Notes under the pieces: model-generated
Seen by the model: only the letters and a program-made list of their open reading frames with translations
The model's database searches: none
Told to the model about the DNA's origin: nothing
Shown here: in pieces, positions 18,063 to 28,796 of the stretch
Layout: each line of letters begins with the position of its first letter
Numbering within the stretch: the stretch's first letter is position 1
Translations under genes and position numbers: made by a program
Assembly: GCA_035430005.1 (NCBI GenBank)
Contig: DAOMFV010000001.1
Coordinates: forward strand, 25,619 to 89,618
Reading direction: 5' to 3'
Length of the DNA: 64,000 nt
Source: Gemmatales bacterium
GTDB lineage: Bacteria > Planctomycetota > Planctomycetia > Gemmatales > HRBIN36

Positions 18063-20310
18063 TCGAACGGCGAAACGACTGCATTTGCAGGGGCAGGTGC
18101 AGGGCATCGGTCTGCGCCCTGTAGTTCTGCGTTGGGCAACGAGATGTAGCATTTTTGGCTGGGTGGCCAACGATGCATCAGGCGTGCTCATACACGCCGA
18201 AGGAGCCGGCTACCATTTGAATCGCTTTCTGGCTGGCTTGTACGATCACTTACCCAGGGAAGCAGTGATCTCCAACCAGGTTATCATGGATGCCGAGTCA
18301 CAGGGGTATGATGAGTTCGTTGTTCAATCACGAGTCGTCTCATCTCCACTCTCGACGCCAATTCCCCAGGATAGTGTGACTTGCGAACAATGCCTGGCAG
18401 AAGTACTGACCAGAAACGAAGACCGTCGCACTGCCTACCTCTTCAACAGTTGTGCTCTATGTGGCCCACGCTTTTCGATTGTGCAATCGATGCCCTTTGA
18501 GCGTGAGCAAACCACCATGGCCAGGTTCCGCCTCTGTTCGGTCTGTGCTAATGAATTCGCTGATCCTGTCGATCGCCGTTTCCATGCTCAAACAATTTCA
18601 TGTCGTGCATGTGGCCCAGCCATCTTCTTGACCGATCCCCGCGGTCAGATGCAATCTTGGTCAAATGGGGTAGCAGTTGTTAGTGCATCGCTGATCCTGA
18701 AAGGCAAAGTATCTGCATTCAAAGGCGTTGGTGGCTATCAGTTGATCTGTGATGCTTCAAGCGACGATGCTGTAAGCAACCTGCGTCAAATAAAAGGCAG
18801 ACGCAGCAAACCGCTGGCTGTGATGGTCAAGGACTTGGCAACTGCATCAACTCTGGCCGATATTGCCGGCTGTGAGTCATCTCTTCTCAGCCGGGCAGGG
18901 CCTATCGTTCTGTGTCCCGCTCGGCCAGGCAACGGATTATCGAACCATGTACATCCCGGCCTGCGAGAAGTCGGCATCATGTTGCCCACGACTGCCTATC
19001 ACCGTTTGCTTTGTGAAGACGTAAACAGGCCCCTCGTCGTCACCAGTGGCAACCGGGAAGGTGAGCCTATGGCATACACTCACCATGCTGCGGTCAAGCA
19101 ACTCCGTGGACTATGTGATCTGATCCTGCACCATGATCGTGACATCGTTCGGCCTATCGACGACAGCGTGGTGAGGGTTTTTTCCGGGCGAGTCGTCACG
19201 CACCGCCTGTCCCGGGGCCTCGCTCCTCACACTTTACCCGTCAAGATCACAGAGCCCCTCGTCGCTCTCGGTGGGCAACAGAAAGTTGCCTTGGCCTTGT
19301 CCAATGGCCATCAAGCTATTCTCGGTCCCCACCTTGGCGATTTGGATACAGTTGCCTACCAAGAGCGATTCGTCGAGCAGTATCACAACCTCTGCCAACT
19401 CTATGGCACAGTACCCAATACCATCATTCACGATCAGCATCCCGACTATTTCACTACCCATTGGGCGCTTCAGCAGTCGACAGGGAGACTCTCAATTCAG
19501 CATCACCACGCCCATGTTGCCGCTGCGATGCTTGAACACGGCTGGCTGGGTGAAACCGTCCTCGGCATTGCCTTCGATGGCACCGGCTACGGCATAGACG
19601 GCACCATCTGGGGGGGGGAGGTGTTGCTGGCCAACGTTTCTGAGGCGAAGCGTCTGGCTCATGTTCGCCCTTTCCTGCTTCTCGGCGGCGAACAGGCTAT
19701 TCGTCAGCCACACCGTGTGGCACTAGCACTGCTCGATCAGCTATACAATCGCCAAGGCCTGATGGAGTTGCTGAAACGGCTCAATGTTTTAGAACACTAT
19801 CAGTCCTTGTTGACTTTGCTCGATGCCCCTCATTTGCACGTAAAGACTACCAGTGCGGGCCGGCTGTTCGATGGTGTCGCTTCGCTCCTTCTTTCACTCC
19901 TGGCGGCCCACTACGAAGGCGAGCCGGCCATGCTGCTAGAAGCCTGTTGCGATCGAGGAGTATCGGGATGCTATCCCTTCCCGTTCATCAATAACGAACT
20001 CGATTGGCGACCGTTGCTGCTCGCTATCCTCAAAGATATCGAGCAAGAAGAGGAGCGAAACACTATCGCTATGCGGTTTCATCGGGGTGTAGCACAGGCT
20101 ATCGTCTCGATCATTCGGTGCTACCCGCAGTACCACGCCGTTCTCACCGGTGGCTGTTTTCAGAACAAGATTCTGGTTGAACTTGTTCGAGAACTGCTTG
20201 ATGATGATAATCGGCTCGGCCTTCCGGGAATAATCCCCTGCAACGATGGCGGCCTGGCTGCCGGACAACTCGTTGTTGCTGCGGCCCGGTTGAACTGTCT
20301 TATACGTTGA
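18037..20310 (+). CDS. hypF: Carbamoyltransferase HypF
   Basis: Has an acylphosphatase-like start (LQGQVQGIGLRP), two CxxC-x18-CxxC zinc fingers (CEQC...CALCGPRFS and CSVC...CRACGP), and YrdC-like and Kae1-like halves. The only in-frame start that keeps the domain is the TTG at 18037. Confidence 0.88.
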   Translation: MPHLAAFPDRTAKRLHLQGQVQGIGLRPVVLRWATRCSIFGWVANDASGVLIHAEGAGYHLNRFLAGLYDHLPREAVISNQVIMDAESQGYDEFVVQSRVVSSPLSTPIPQDSVTCEQCLAEVLTRNEDRRTAYLFNSCALCGPRFSIVQSMPFEREQTTMARFRLCSVCANEFADPVDRRFHAQTISCRACGPAIFLTDPRGQMQSWSNGVAVVSASLILKGKVSAFKGVGGYQLICDASSDDAVSNLRQIKGRRSKPLAVMVKDLATASTLADIAGCESSLLSRAGPIVLCPARPGNGLSNHVHPGLREVGIMLPTTAYHRLLCEDVNRPLVVTSGNREGEPMAYTHHAAVKQLRGLCDLILHHDRDIVRPIDDSVVRVFSGRVVTHRLSRGLAPHTLPVKITEPLVALGGQQKVALALSNGHQAILGPHLGDLDTVAYQERFVEQYHNLCQLYGTVPNTIIHDQHPDYFTTHWALQQSTGRLSIQHHHAHVAAAMLEHGWLGETVLGIAFDGTGYGIDGTIWGGEVLLANVSEAKRLAHVRPFLLLGGEQAIRQPHRVALALLDQLYNRQGLMELLKRLNVLEHYQSLLTLLDAPHLHVKTTSAGRLFDGVASLLLSLLAAHYEGEPAMLLEACCDRGVSGCYPFPFINNELDWRPLLLAILKDIEQEEERNTIAMRFHRGVAQAIVSIIRCYPQYHAVLTGGCFQNKILVELVRELLDDDNRLGLPGIIPCNDGGLAAGQLVVAAARLNCLIR

Positions 20311-20320
20311 GGACCAACTG

Positions 20321-20593
20321 ATGTGCCTGGGTATCCCTGGCGAAGTGACACGCTGGATCGATCGCGATCCTCTCCTGGCCCGGGCCGAGGTGCGCTTTGG
20401 TGAATTGCATCGCGTCTGTCATCTCGCTTGTGTTCCCGAAGCCGAGGTCGGCGACTATGTTATAGTCCATGCCGGCATTGCCATCAGCAAAGTCAACCCC
20501 CAGGAGGCCCGCCGATTGTTTGACGAGATTGACAAGTTCGAATTGCAACACGAACTGGCATCTGATATCCCTCCTCCGTGCAACAGCTCATGA
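20321..20593 (+). CDS. hypC: Hydrogenase assembly chaperone HypC
   Basis: Has the characteristic MCLGIPGEV N-terminus and is 90 aa long. Confidence 0.92.
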   Translation: MCLGIPGEVTRWIDRDPLLARAEVRFGELHRVCHLACVPEAEVGDYVIVHAGIAISKVNPQEARRLFDEIDKFELQHELASDIPPPCNSS

Positions 20594-21687
20594 AATACCT
20601 CGACGAATATCGTGATGGTCTGAGAGCCGAGCAGTTGATGGCCCGCATTCGTTCCGTGGTCACTCGCCGCTGGGTGCTCATGGAGGTATGTGGTGGGCAG
20701 ACTCACAGCCTTCTCAAGCACGGCATCGAAGCTGGTCTTCAAGACGTGATTGAACTGGTGCATGGCCCTGGCTGTCCGGTTTGCGTAACTCCAGTCGAAG
20801 TCATCGATCATGCACAGGAATTAGCCAGTCAACCGGGCGTGACACTGTGCAGCTTTGGAGACATGCTGCGCGTGCCAGGTTCAGAATCATCGTTGCTTCA
20901 GGTACGTGCCCAAGGAGGTTCGGTTAAGCTTGTCTACTCTCCCCTCGAAGCGGTAACCTTTGCTCAACAACACCCCGACAAACAAGTGGTCTTCTTCGCT
21001 GTTGGCTTTGAAACAACAGCCCCCGCTACGGCACTGGCAGTGCTCCAAACCCATCAACGTGCTTTAAAGAATTTTTCCCTGTTGGTACATCATGTGCGTG
21101 TTCAGCCTGCAATGGAGGCGATCATGCAGATGCCGGAGGTACGAGTGCAGGCATTCCTGGCTGCGGGCCACGTTTGTACTGTGATGGGCTACGATACGTA
21201 CGCTTCGTTCGTTGAGCGTTACCGGGTACCCGTCGTCGTTACCGGTTTCGAACCGCTCGATCTGCTGTCAGGGATTCTTGAGTGCGTCAAACAACTCGAG
21301 GCAGGCACAGCGCTCGTGGTCAATGAGTACGCCCGAATCGTTCGTCCGGAAGGAAATCTGACAGCCCGGCAAATCGTTGACCAGGTCTATGAATTGACCG
21401 ACCAAACCTGGCGAGGCCTAGGGGTTATTTCCCAGAGCGGCTATCGTCTGAAACCTGCCTGGCACCAATATGATGCTGCCAGACGGTTTCCCTTCCGCCA
21501 ACCAAGTTGTGATGAGACTCAAAGTGTATGCCACGCCGGCGAAGTGCTTTCAGGCCGAATGCGTCCTACCAACTGCCCTTCCTTTGGCACCCGGTGTACT
21601 CCCGAATCCCCCTGGGGCGCACCAATGGTTTCCTCCGAAGGCGCTTGTGCAGCTTACTACCGCTACCGCCTGCCGATCATCAACTGA
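20590..21687 (+). CDS. hypD: Hydrogenase maturation factor HypD
   Basis: MKYLDEYRD start in an ATGA overlap with hypC. Contains CGGQTH, GPGCPVCVTP and FFAVGFETTAP. Confidence 0.92.
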   Translation: MKYLDEYRDGLRAEQLMARIRSVVTRRWVLMEVCGGQTHSLLKHGIEAGLQDVIELVHGPGCPVCVTPVEVIDHAQELASQPGVTLCSFGDMLRVPGSESSLLQVRAQGGSVKLVYSPLEAVTFAQQHPDKQVVFFAVGFETTAPATALAVLQTHQRALKNFSLLVHHVRVQPAMEAIMQMPEVRVQAFLAAGHVCTVMGYDTYASFVERYRVPVVVTGFEPLDLLSGILECVKQLEAGTALVVNEYARIVRPEGNLTARQIVDQVYELTDQTWRGLGVISQSGYRLKPAWHQYDAARRFPFRQPSCDETQSVCHAGEVLSGRMRPTNCPSFGTRCTPESPWGAPMVSSEGACAAYYRYRLPIIN

Positions 21688-21701
21688 CCGGAGTGCCTTT
21701 C

Positions 21702-22754
21702 ATGGCCGGCCCAGTTTGGCAATTCAACTGCCCCGTGAGCGTATCTGCACAGTCCGACTGTGTCACGCTCGCTCACGGCGAGGGTGGCAGACTGATGCGG
21801 CGATTGCTTGATCACGTCATCCACCCCAGCCTGCGGATTAAGCCTCGATTTGCTGACGCTGCTTTTCTGAGACCAACGGGCAACAGACTTGCCTTCAGCA
21901 CCGACAGCTACGTTGTCTCTCCATTGTTTTTTCCCGGTGGCGATATCGGCACACTTGGCGTCTATGGCACCTGCAATGACCTGGCTGTCACTGGAGCCAT
22001 CCCTCGCTGGCTCAGTCTCTCGTTGATCATCGAAGAGGGCTTGCCATTGCCAGTGCTCGAGAAGGTGCTCCAGAGTGTAGCGCAGACAACAGCCGAGTGC
22101 CAAATCCAGATCGTTACTGGCGATACCAAGGTCGTTCCTCACGGCGAAATTGATGGGCTCTTTCTCAACACGACGGGCATCGGTGAGCTAATCGATCCGA
22201 TACCACCCGGTCCAGAGGGATTGCAGGTCAATGATGTTCTAATCGTTTCCGGTCCTATCGGTCGTCATGGCATTGCGATCCTTGCTGCACGAGAGCAGCT
22301 CGATTTCCAGCCTGCACCGGCCAGTGACTGTGCTCCGCTTTTTCCGGCGATCCAGGCGTTACGAAGCGCTATCGGCTCGGAAGTGCGTGCCCTCCGCGAT
22401 GCCACCCGTGGCGGTGTTACTGCTGTGCTTCACGAATGGGCCATCGCCAGTGGAAAGACGCTGTTCCTTGACGAAAGCCGTATTCCCGTTGATTCAGTCA
22501 CTCGCAGCGCCTGTGAACTGCTTGGCTTGGAACCCCTCCATCTGGCCTGTGAGGGGACTATGCTTCTGGCTGTTGCATCGACACACGCCGAACAGGCTGT
22601 CTCGATTCTCCGGACTATTGATGTCTCTCGCCAGGCCGCCATCATCGGGACTGTGCAGCCAAGAACGATCGCCCCTGTCATCATCCGCCGAGTGCTGGGT
22701 CGAGAGCAATCGCTCGATGAACCCACCGGCGCACCGCTTCCCCGCATCTGCTAA
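21702..22754 (+). CDS. hypE: Hydrogenase maturation carbamoyl dehydratase HypE
   Basis: The fold is AIR-synthase-like and the protein ends with the conserved C-terminal PRIC. The ATG at 21702 removes the overlap with hypD. Confidence 0.9.
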   Translation: MAGPVWQFNCPVSVSAQSDCVTLAHGEGGRLMRRLLDHVIHPSLRIKPRFADAAFLRPTGNRLAFSTDSYVVSPLFFPGGDIGTLGVYGTCNDLAVTGAIPRWLSLSLIIEEGLPLPVLEKVLQSVAQTTAECQIQIVTGDTKVVPHGEIDGLFLNTTGIGELIDPIPPGPEGLQVNDVLIVSGPIGRHGIAILAAREQLDFQPAPASDCAPLFPAIQALRSAIGSEVRALRDATRGGVTAVLHEWAIASGKTLFLDESRIPVDSVTRSACELLGLEPLHLACEGTMLLAVASTHAEQAVSILRTIDVSRQAAIIGTVQPRTIAPVIIRRVLGREQSLDEPTGAPLPRIC

Positions 22755-22767
22755 TGAAGGAGCCAAT

Positions 22768-25173
22768 ATGTCCCGCTTCATTCGCTGGTTCTCCGATCTC
22801 TCCATCGCTGACGTTCCCCTCGTTGGTGGCAAGAACGCTTCACTCGGCGAGATGTATCGTGAACTGACGCCGAAGGGGATTGCAATTCCGAACGGTTTCG
22901 CCGTCACTGCCGATGGCTACCGGGCTGTCGTCAAGGAAGGCAAACTGGCTGATGTTCTCAAGCGATATCTGACGGGACTCAACACCAGCAACCTTGCCGA
23001 TCTTGCGGAACGTGGCCGAGCGATTCGGGAAGCCATCCTGAACACTCCGCTTCCTGGTGAGCTTCAAACCAGCATCGTTCAGGCCTATCTGCAACTGGAC
23101 AAGGAGTATGGCCCAGACCCCGATGTTGCTGTTCGCTCCAGCGCCACCGCTGAGGACTTGCCCGGAGCCAGCTTTGCCGGCCAGCAGGAATCGTTTCTCA
23201 ACATCCGTGGCGAACGGGCTTTACTCGATGCCTGCAGGCAGTGCCTGGCATCTCTCTTTACGGATCGTGCCATCTCATACCGGGTGGATAAAGGCTTCGA
23301 TCACTTCGCTGTCGCCCTTTCCATTGGCGTGCAGAAGATGGTTCGTTCGGACCTGGCCTGCTCCGGTGTGCTCTTCACCCTCGATACCGAAAGCGGCTTC
23401 CCCGATGTGGTGCTGATCAACAGTGCTTACGGCCTGGGGGAAACCATTGTCAAAGGCCGCGTTGATCCTGATGAGTTCCTGATCTTCAAACCCATGCTGG
23501 AGCGAACACAGCTTAAACCGATCCTCAAACGCCGTATCGGCTCCAAGCAGGAGAAAATGGTCTACGCCAGTCGTGGTGGAAAAAGCACTCGCATCGTCTC
23601 TGTTCCACTGGAACAGCAGCAATGTCTCAGCGTAAATGACGATGAAGTCCTCTCGCTGGCCCGCTGGGGATGCCTCATCGAGAAACACTATTCCCAGAAA
23701 GCGGGCCATCCCGTACCGATGGACATCGAATGGGCCAAGGATGGCCAGACTGGCAAATTCTTCATTCTGCAAGCCAGGCCGGAAACGGTTCACGCCATGA
23801 AACAGCAGGCTGAGATCGAGGTATTTCAACTGCAGCAGAAGGGAAAGGTCATTCTTCATGGCAAGAGCGTCGGTGCTCGCATGGGTGCCGGCGCAATACG
23901 CATCATTCGAAATGCAGATGAACTGGCACAATTTCAGCAGGGCGAAGTGCTGGTCGCGGACATGACCGATCCCGACTGGGAACCGACGATGAAGATGGCT
24001 GCTGCCATCATCACCAACCGTGGCGGACGAACATGCCATGCCGCCATCGTCAGCCGGGAACTCGGCGTACCATGTGTTGTGGGAACAGAACAGGCTACCG
24101 CCTTGCTGAAACCAGGTCAACCCGTCACGGTCTCATGTGCCGAAGGTGATGTTGGCAAAGTCTACGATGGCAAGCTGTCTTTCCAGCGAACCACCATCGA
24201 CGTCAGCAAGATGCCTCGCCCTAAGACCAAGGTCATGATGAACCTCGGCGATCCGGACAAAGCCTTTGCTCTGTCGACCCTGCCTAATGATGGAGTCGGC
24301 CTGGCACGGGAGGAGTTCATCATCTCCTCGTTCATTCGTGTGCATCCACTGGCACTACTACGTTTCGATGAACTGCCAGCCGGCGAGGAGAAGGACGAAA
24401 TCGCTCGGCTGACACAACATCACCCGAAAAAGGCTGATTACTTTGTTGAGAAACTCGCTGAAGGTGTCGGGCAATTGGCTGCCGCCTTCTACCCCAAGGA
24501 TGTCATCGTCCGCCTCTCCGATTTCAAGACCAACGAATATGCTGGCCTGCTAGGCGGCAAGCCTTTCGAGCCGAGCGAAGAAAATCCCATGATCGGCTTC
24601 CGCGGCGCCAGCCGGTACTATGATTCCCGCTACCAGGATGGCTTTCTGCTGGAATGCAAAGCGATGCGCTATGCACGGGAGGTGATAGGCCTGACGAACA
24701 TCAAGCTGATGATCCCCTTCTGTAGAACTGTTGCCGAAGGCGAGAAGGTACTTGCTGTCATGGAGAAGGCCGGGCTCAAACGTGGCCAAAACGGCTTAGA
24801 AGTCTACGTCATGTGTGAAATCCCCAGCAACGTGATCCTTGCGGAAGATTTTGCCCGTATCTTCGATGGCTTCTCCATCGGCTCCAATGATCTCACGCAA
24901 CTCACGCTGGGGCTGGATCGCGATTCCAATATCGTTGCCCATCTTTTCGATGAACGCAACGCTGCTGTCATGCGACTGATCGAGGATGTTATCAAGCGAG
25001 TCAAGGCTTGTTGCCGGAAGATCGGCATCTGTGGCCAGGCACCGAGTGACTACCCGGAGTTTGCACAGTTCCTGGTTCGTTGTGGGATTGATTCCATCTC
25101 GCTCACACCTGATACGATCCTGAAGACGACGCAGGCTATTCTGGAAATGGAAAATCAAAGCTCCGGTCGATGA
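22768..25173 (+). CDS. ppsA: Phosphoenolpyruvate synthase (pyruvate, water dikinase)
   Basis: Starts MSRFIRWFSDL...VGGKNASLGEM. Contains the phosphohistidine region GGRTCHAAIVSRELGVPCVVG and the PEP-utilising C-terminal domain (GFSIGSNDLTQL). GAAGGAG precedes the ATG at 22768. Confidence 0.93.
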   Translation: MSRFIRWFSDLSIADVPLVGGKNASLGEMYRELTPKGIAIPNGFAVTADGYRAVVKEGKLADVLKRYLTGLNTSNLADLAERGRAIREAILNTPLPGELQTSIVQAYLQLDKEYGPDPDVAVRSSATAEDLPGASFAGQQESFLNIRGERALLDACRQCLASLFTDRAISYRVDKGFDHFAVALSIGVQKMVRSDLACSGVLFTLDTESGFPDVVLINSAYGLGETIVKGRVDPDEFLIFKPMLERTQLKPILKRRIGSKQEKMVYASRGGKSTRIVSVPLEQQQCLSVNDDEVLSLARWGCLIEKHYSQKAGHPVPMDIEWAKDGQTGKFFILQARPETVHAMKQQAEIEVFQLQQKGKVILHGKSVGARMGAGAIRIIRNADELAQFQQGEVLVADMTDPDWEPTMKMAAAIITNRGGRTCHAAIVSRELGVPCVVGTEQATALLKPGQPVTVSCAEGDVGKVYDGKLSFQRTTIDVSKMPRPKTKVMMNLGDPDKAFALSTLPNDGVGLAREEFIISSFIRVHPLALLRFDELPAGEEKDEIARLTQHHPKKADYFVEKLAEGVGQLAAAFYPKDVIVRLSDFKTNEYAGLLGGKPFEPSEENPMIGFRGASRYYDSRYQDGFLLECKAMRYAREVIGLTNIKLMIPFCRTVAEGEKVLAVMEKAGLKRGQNGLEVYVMCEIPSNVILAEDFARIFDGFSIGSNDLTQLTLGLDRDSNIVAHLFDERNAAVMRLIEDVIKRVKACCRKIGICGQAPSDYPEFAQFLVRCGIDSISLTPDTILKTTQAILEMENQSSGR

Positions 25174-26584
25174 CCAGCCCCAGCTTGGCCAGTTTGGCGC
25201 GTAGCGTCGGTCGGCTGATGCCCAGAATCTGCGACGCCTGCGACTGGTTCCCTGCGGTTTTCTGCAACACTTCACGAAACAATTGTCGTTCCACAGATTC
25301 AACGACTTCTTCGTAAAGGTTTTTACTGCCCGTTTGAAGTCGTTCTCGAATCAGATCAACGATGGGTTGCTGCCCGCCAGCAGGCCGTTCATGGTGCGAG
25401 AATGATCCCGTTTTAACACCACGTAACTGATCGGGGAGGTGTTCAGGAAGCAATACGGGGCCGGTCATGCAAAGCAGCGCATGCTTGATGGCACTTTGTA
25501 ACTCTCGGATATTTCCCGGCCATGAGTATGATTCCAGCAGAATCATGGCCTCGGGAGAAAGTGATTGAACTTCCTTCTCCATTTCCTTGCCATACTGGCG
25601 TACAAAATGGGATAGAAGGATCGACATATCTCCAGTCCGCTCGCGTAAAGCGGGTAATCGAATCGTAAACACATTGAGACGATAATAGAGATCAGCGCGA
25701 AACACTCCCTTGGCAACTGCCGACTCCAGATCGCGATTCGTCGCTGCGATCACACGGACGTTGGTCTGAATGGTCTCGGCACCACCTACCCGTTCAAACC
25801 TCTGATCCTGAAGCACACGGAGAATTTTCGTCTGCATGAGAGGCGTCATGTCGCCGATCTCGTCAAGAAACAGCGTGCCGCTGTTGCACTGTTCAAACTT
25901 GCCGATGCGTTTGCGATCTGCTCCTGTGAATGCTCCTTTTTCATGTCCGAAGAGTTCACTTTCAAGTAATGTCTCAGGTATGGCGGCGCAATTGATAGCC
26001 AGGAATGGGCCATTGGAACGTTTGCTATAGTGGTAGATGGCACGCGCCACCATTTCCTTCCCTGTGCCGCTTTCACCAAGAATCAGCACCGTCACATCCT
26101 GTGGTGCCACTCGTCCGATGGCCTTGTACACTTCCTGCATGGCCGAACATTGTCCGATCAACACATCACCTTGAGTCTGTTCTGACTCCGATGAGGGCAC
26201 CAAAGCGGGCACTTGCATCAAGCGACTCGATTGCAAAGCGTGATCCACCAACTCGGTTAATTGATCGGGATCGATCGGCTTAACAACATAATCGAAGACC
26301 CCCTGGCTCATAGCTTCAATCGCTGTCTCGGCAGTGCCATGCCCCGTGGCCAGGATGAAAGGGACCTTGGCTGCCTGTTCGCGCACCCTGCGATGCACAT
26401 CGAGGCCGGTTCCATCTGGTAGACGCAAATCGCAGAGGACGACATTGGGCTGATAGCGTTGAAAAAGAGAAATACCCTCTTCTGCTGTCGTCGCCGTCAG
26501 CAGTTGAATGTCTCGATCTTCAAAGGCGTATCGATAGCACTTCAGTGTTAGTGGGTCATCATCGATGGCTAACAAGGTGGGCAT
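25136..26584 (-). CDS. Sigma-54-dependent response regulator (NtrC family: REC, AAA+, Fis-type HTH)
   Basis: Has a REC domain (LLAIDDD...DLRLPDGTG), Walker A GESGTGKE, the GAFTGA loop (EKGAFTGA), and the C-terminal HTH QASQILGISRPTLRAKL. Confidence 0.92.
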   Translation of the reverse strand: MPTLLAIDDDPLTLKCYRYAFEDRDIQLLTATTAEEGISLFQRYQPNVVLCDLRLPDGTGLDVHRRVREQAAKVPFILATGHGTAETAIEAMSQGVFDYVVKPIDPDQLTELVDHALQSSRLMQVPALVPSSESEQTQGDVLIGQCSAMQEVYKAIGRVAPQDVTVLILGESGTGKEMVARAIYHYSKRSNGPFLAINCAAIPETLLESELFGHEKGAFTGADRKRIGKFEQCNSGTLFLDEIGDMTPLMQTKILRVLQDQRFERVGGAETIQTNVRVIAATNRDLESAVAKGVFRADLYYRLNVFTIRLPALRERTGDMSILLSHFVRQYGKEMEKEVQSLSPEAMILLESYSWPGNIRELQSAIKHALLCMTGPVLLPEHLPDQLRGVKTGSFSHHERPAGGQQPIVDLIRERLQTGSKNLYEEVVESVERQLFREVLQKTAGNQSQASQILGISRPTLRAKLAKLGLVIDRSFDFPFPE

Positions 26585-26599
26585 AGAGGCTCCGATGGT

Positions 26600-28522
26600 T
26601 TATTTCACAAATTGCTGCAAAATCGACAATAGTTGTTCATCTGAATAGGGCTTCTGCAGAAATGCCTTAGCGCCTGCAGCAAAGATCGTTCGCAGCCGTT
26701 CCGCTGAGCGGAGTCCGCTGCACGCAATGATTGGCACTTGGGGATTGATTTCACGCATCTGTTGCATGACCGCGGGGCCGTCCAGCCCCGGCATCATCAT
26801 ATCGACAAGAGCAGCACGAACCTTGGGATGGTGCTCCGAAAAAAGAGCAAGAGCAGACATGCCATGCTCAGCCGTCAGAGTTTGGTAACCGCTATTCTGC
26901 AGGACAGCCTGAACGGTTTGAACAATGAGCGGCTCATCATCAACAATCAAAATGAGTTCACCATGTCCCCGGAGCGAGGAAGTTGCCTCGGTCTTGTCTT
27001 CGACAGCCATGTTGACTCCGGTCGCAGGCAGGTAGACAGTTACTCGAGTACCTTTGCCTATTTCACTGTAGACGTTAAGAAACCCTCCATGACTGCGCAC
27101 AATCCCCAGTGCGGTGGAGAGCCCAAGTCCTGTGCCTTTGCCAATGCCTTTGGTAGTGAAGAACGGGTCAAAAATCTTGTCGAGAACTTCGGGAGGGATC
27201 CCGCTACCCGTATCAGCCGCGTCCAAGAGCACATAAGGGCCTGGCTTGGCATCAGGATGAAACTGGCTGTATTCTCCACCGATCACAACGTTCTCAGCTC
27301 GGATGGTAAGCACACCACCGGCCGGCATTGCATCTCGCGCGTTCACGCAGAGGTTCATCAATACTTGCAAGAGTTGGGTTTTATCCCCTTTTACGGTCCA
27401 CAATTCCCCATCGATATTTGTTTCGATTTGAATCGTCTTGCTGAGAGTATGCTGCAACATCTTCTCGACTTCGCCTATTAAAGGCGAAATGGCGACTTGT
27501 GTTCGCTCACCTTCCATACCTCCAGCGAAAGAGAGCAACTGCTTGACCATGTCGATGCCACGCTCCACGCTGGCCTGGGCAGTGCTAAGAAGGTCTCGGG
27601 GTTTCTCATCGGTTACATACTTCCGCAACAGCTTGACGCTCATCAGAATGGGAGTCATAACATTGTTGAGATCGTGAGCGATCCCCCCTGCCAGTACACC
27701 GATACTCTCCAACCGTTGTGCACGAAGAAACTGTGACTCCAGTTTTTTCCTTTCCGTCATATCGATGTTGATCATCAGCTTGGACTTGGGCTTGTTCTGT
27801 TCGTTATGAATGAGTGTCCAATAGGAGGCTACCGTCAGCCGTCGTCCATCTTTAGTGTCGTGGTGCAACTCTCCCTGCCATTCACCTTCCTGTTCGATGA
27901 GGCGGTGGATCTCATCCATGCTGAGACCTTGAGGATGAGAGCAACACTTCAAAACGTGGCAATCTTGTCCGATCGCTTCCTGTGCCGACCAGCCGTAAAG
28001 ACGCTCGGCGCCGGCATTCCAGTAGTTAATGCGATCCTGTAAGTCAGTGACAAGAATGGCTTCCCTGACATTGTTGAGCAACTGAGCCTGTTCACGCAGC
28101 TTTCGGTCATTTTCTTTGCGAGCAGTGATGTCACGAACAAACCCGGTGAATCGTAACTCGTTTTCCGTGCCACACTCTCCAACAGCTAACTCGATGGGCA
28201 CGAGTGAGCCGTCTTTCCTTTTTCCAATCACCTCTCGACCGATGCCGATGATTCGTGGCTGACGTGTCGTGAGGTACTGCTTCAAGTAGCGGTCATGTTC
28301 TTCACGAAACGGCGAAGGCATTAGTATGGTGATATTCTGCCCAACGATTTCTTTTTCCTCATAGCCAAAGATTCGCTCCGCAGCCCGATTGAATTGCTCA
28401 ACCGTTCCATCACTCTTGATCGTAATAATACCATCGACGGCAGTATCCAGAATGGAACGTAAATACGCAGCTTCCTCATCCGCCTTCTTGACGAATTCAC
28501 CGTTGTGTGCTGATTCAGCCAT
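26600..28522 (-). CDS. Hybrid sensor histidine kinase (two PAS domains, HisKA, HATPase_c, REC)
   Basis: Two PAS-like segments are present. Contains the H-box GGIAHDLNN, the N/G boxes ([23 protein letters not shown]) and a C-terminal receiver (LIVDDE...DMMMPGLDG). It ends 15 nt before the regulator gene. Confidence 0.9.
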   Translation of the reverse strand: MAESAHNGEFVKKADEEAAYLRSILDTAVDGIITIKSDGTVEQFNRAAERIFGYEEKEIVGQNITILMPSPFREEHDRYLKQYLTTRQPRIIGIGREVIGKRKDGSLVPIELAVGECGTENELRFTGFVRDITARKENDRKLREQAQLLNNVREAILVTDLQDRINYWNAGAERLYGWSAQEAIGQDCHVLKCCSHPQGLSMDEIHRLIEQEGEWQGELHHDTKDGRRLTVASYWTLIHNEQNKPKSKLMINIDMTERKKLESQFLRAQRLESIGVLAGGIAHDLNNVMTPILMSVKLLRKYVTDEKPRDLLSTAQASVERGIDMVKQLLSFAGGMEGERTQVAISPLIGEVEKMLQHTLSKTIQIETNIDGELWTVKGDKTQLLQVLMNLCVNARDAMPAGGVLTIRAENVVIGGEYSQFHPDAKPGPYVLLDAADTGSGIPPEVLDKIFDPFFTTKGIGKGTGLGLSTALGIVRSHGGFLNVYSEIGKGTRVTVYLPATGVNMAVEDKTEATSSLRGHGELILIVDDEPLIVQTVQAVLQNSGYQTLTAEHGMSALALFSEHHPKVRAALVDMMMPGLDGPAVMQQMREINPQVPIIACSGLRSAERLRTIFAAGAKAFLQKPYSDEQLLSILQQFVK

Positions 28523-28737
28523 GATGCGAATAGCGCTTCCTTTTTCGTTACATCAGTCCTCGCCCGTAACATCCAGAATGTGACACCAATTATTGACGTG
28601 TTGTCCTCTGTGCGGCAAGTATTTTTCCAGATTGCGCATGGATTGTACAACCAGAGCAGGAAGCGTAACCCTTGTTCATTTGTCACGTGGAGCACAGAGT
28701 TTAGCAAAACCTGACGAAGGTAAGATCCTTGTGCCTC

Positions 28738-28753
28738 TGGCATTGAATCTGCT
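28738..28753 (+). promoter_or_regulatory. Sigma-54-type promoter (TGGCATtgaatCTGCT)
   Basis: GG-N10-GC spacing is exact. The -12 GC lies 45 nt upstream of the ATG at 28797. Confidence 0.65.
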
Positions 28754-28796
28754 CTGCAAGGTTTGGCATGTAAATGCGTTACAACACGAGTCTATC

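Noticed and set aside
22267-22767. A long N-terminal extension of the ppsA ORF. There are similar extensions for hypE (21528), hypB (17307), the acyl-CoA ligase (7143), the amino-acid dehydrogenase (32910) and the DUF1570 protein (52256).
   Set aside because: The extensions overlap the preceding genes, lack domain content, and have internal ATGs with RBS that give the conserved N-termini. Shorter starts were adopted.
23275-24120. A 281-aa antisense ORF inside ppsA.
   Set aside because: This is a shadow ORF opposite a highly conserved gene.
28764-28778. A second TGGCAT motif (TGGCATgtaaaTGCG) just downstream of the eRF1-like gene promoter.
   Set aside because: The GG to GC spacing is one nucleotide short (N9), which sigma-54 promoters do not normally tolerate.
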